Below, one piece after another: positions 16,723-17,414 of a stretch of DNA of 17,414 nt. The position numbers and the translations under genes were made by a program. The notes beneath the pieces were generated by a model that ran no database searches, was not told the DNA's origin, and saw nothing but the letters and a program-made list of their open reading frames with translations. Source of the stretch: Thermotogota bacterium. Lineage in GTDB: Bacteria > Bipolaricaulota > Bipolaricaulia > UBA7950 > UBA9294. Where the stretch lies: the NCBI GenBank assembly GCA_039679545.1, contig JBDKUT010000091.1, forward strand, positions 1-17,414, given 5' to 3'. Within the stretch, counting starts at the first letter, position 1; the number at the start of each line of letters is the position of its first letter.

Positions 16723-17414
16723 ATGGGCCAGGAGCCGAGGACCGTACGGCGGATGCAGGAGGCCGACGTTCGCGGAAAGACCGTGGTCGTCCGTGCGGAC
16801 TACAACGTGCCGATGGACGGGGAGGCAATTCAGGACGACGCACGGATCCGCGCGTCTCTGCCGACGCTCTCCGACCTGCTCGGCCGGGGGGCGCGCGTCG
16901 TGGTGATGACGCACCTTGGCCGGCCGGATGGTGTGGTGGTGGAGTCTCTCCGCCTGGACCCGATTGCGCGTCGGCTTCAGGAGCTCCTCGGCCGGCCCGT
17001 GCGGAAGCTCGACGATTGCGTTGGACCAGCGATCGTCAAAGCGATCCGTGCGGGAAAGCCCGGCGACGTGTTCGTGGTCGAGAACCTGCGATTCCACGTG
17101 GAGGAAGAGGAGAACGACCCGGTCTTCTCCGCCGCCTTGGCGGAGCTGGGCGACGTCTACGTGGACGATGCCTTCGGAACGCTTCATCGGGCTCACGCAT
17201 CCACGGTCGGGATCGCGGAACGGTGCCCCGCGTACGCGGGCCTCTTGGTGCAGAAGGAAATTGATGTCCTTTCGCGGGTCCTCTACGACCCGGCGCGTCC
17301 GTACGCCGCCATCGTGGGAGGGAAGAAGGCGTCCGACAAACTGGGCGCGCTGCGCGACCTCGTCAGCCGTGTCGACTGCATCCTCATTGGCGGAGGTGTC
17401 GCCTTCACGTTCCT
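16723..17414 (+). CDS. pgk: Phosphoglycerate kinase (5' part, runs off the window)
   Basis: Translated by hand from ATG 16723 (RBS AGGAGG): GKTVVVRADYNVP, DDARIRASLPT, THLGRP, ENLRFH, DDAFGTLHRAHAS, GGKKASDK, IGGG. It is absent from the ORF track because no stop lies in the window. Confidence 0.97.
   Translation, partial: MGQEPRTVRRMQEADVRGKTVVVRADYNVPMDGEAIQDDARIRASLPTLSDLLGRGARVVVMTHLGRPDGVVVESLRLDPIARRLQELLGRPVRKLDDCVGPAIVKAIRAGKPGDVFVVENLRFHVEEEENDPVFSAALAELGDVYVDDAFGTLHRAHASTVGIAERCPAYAGLLVQKEIDVLSRVLYDPARPYAAIVGGKKASDKLGALRDLVSRVDCILIGGGVAFTF

Overview
GC-rich bacterial core-genome window with no integrase, transposase, CRISPR array or prophage. From left to right it holds: two minus-strand tRNA-Ser genes (GCT, TGA) flanked by a small family of palindromic repeats; a minus-strand operon of a nucleotide-pyrophosphatase/alkaline-phosphatase-superfamily protein, a TM1459-like cupin and mnmA; a divergent HI0933/YhiN-family flavoprotein; a ~410-nt, densely structured intergenic region; a three-gene acyl-CoA operon (CoA-transferase/hydrolase fused to a Pat-type GNAT, fused ADP-forming acetate-CoA ligase, stand-alone Pta N-terminal BioD-like/DRTGG protein); a small ribbon-helix-helix protein; an amidohydrolase-3 gene coupled to a GT4 glycosyltransferase; glmS; a DUF151 nuclease; a membrane-anchored LolA-fold protein; and the 5' part of pgk. 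Several genes have a TANNNT box 6-9 nt before the start codon (leaderless type), and one -10 box is palindromic and could serve both strands. The best candidates for undescribed biology are the CoA-transferase-GNAT/ACD/DRTGG operon, the structured region upstream of it, the tRNA-linked palindromic repeats and the RHH protein. A Ca. Bipolaricaulota (Acetothermia) origin is my unverified guess, based on recollection of similar RHH proteins. All family calls come from motifs read by eye; no searches were run.
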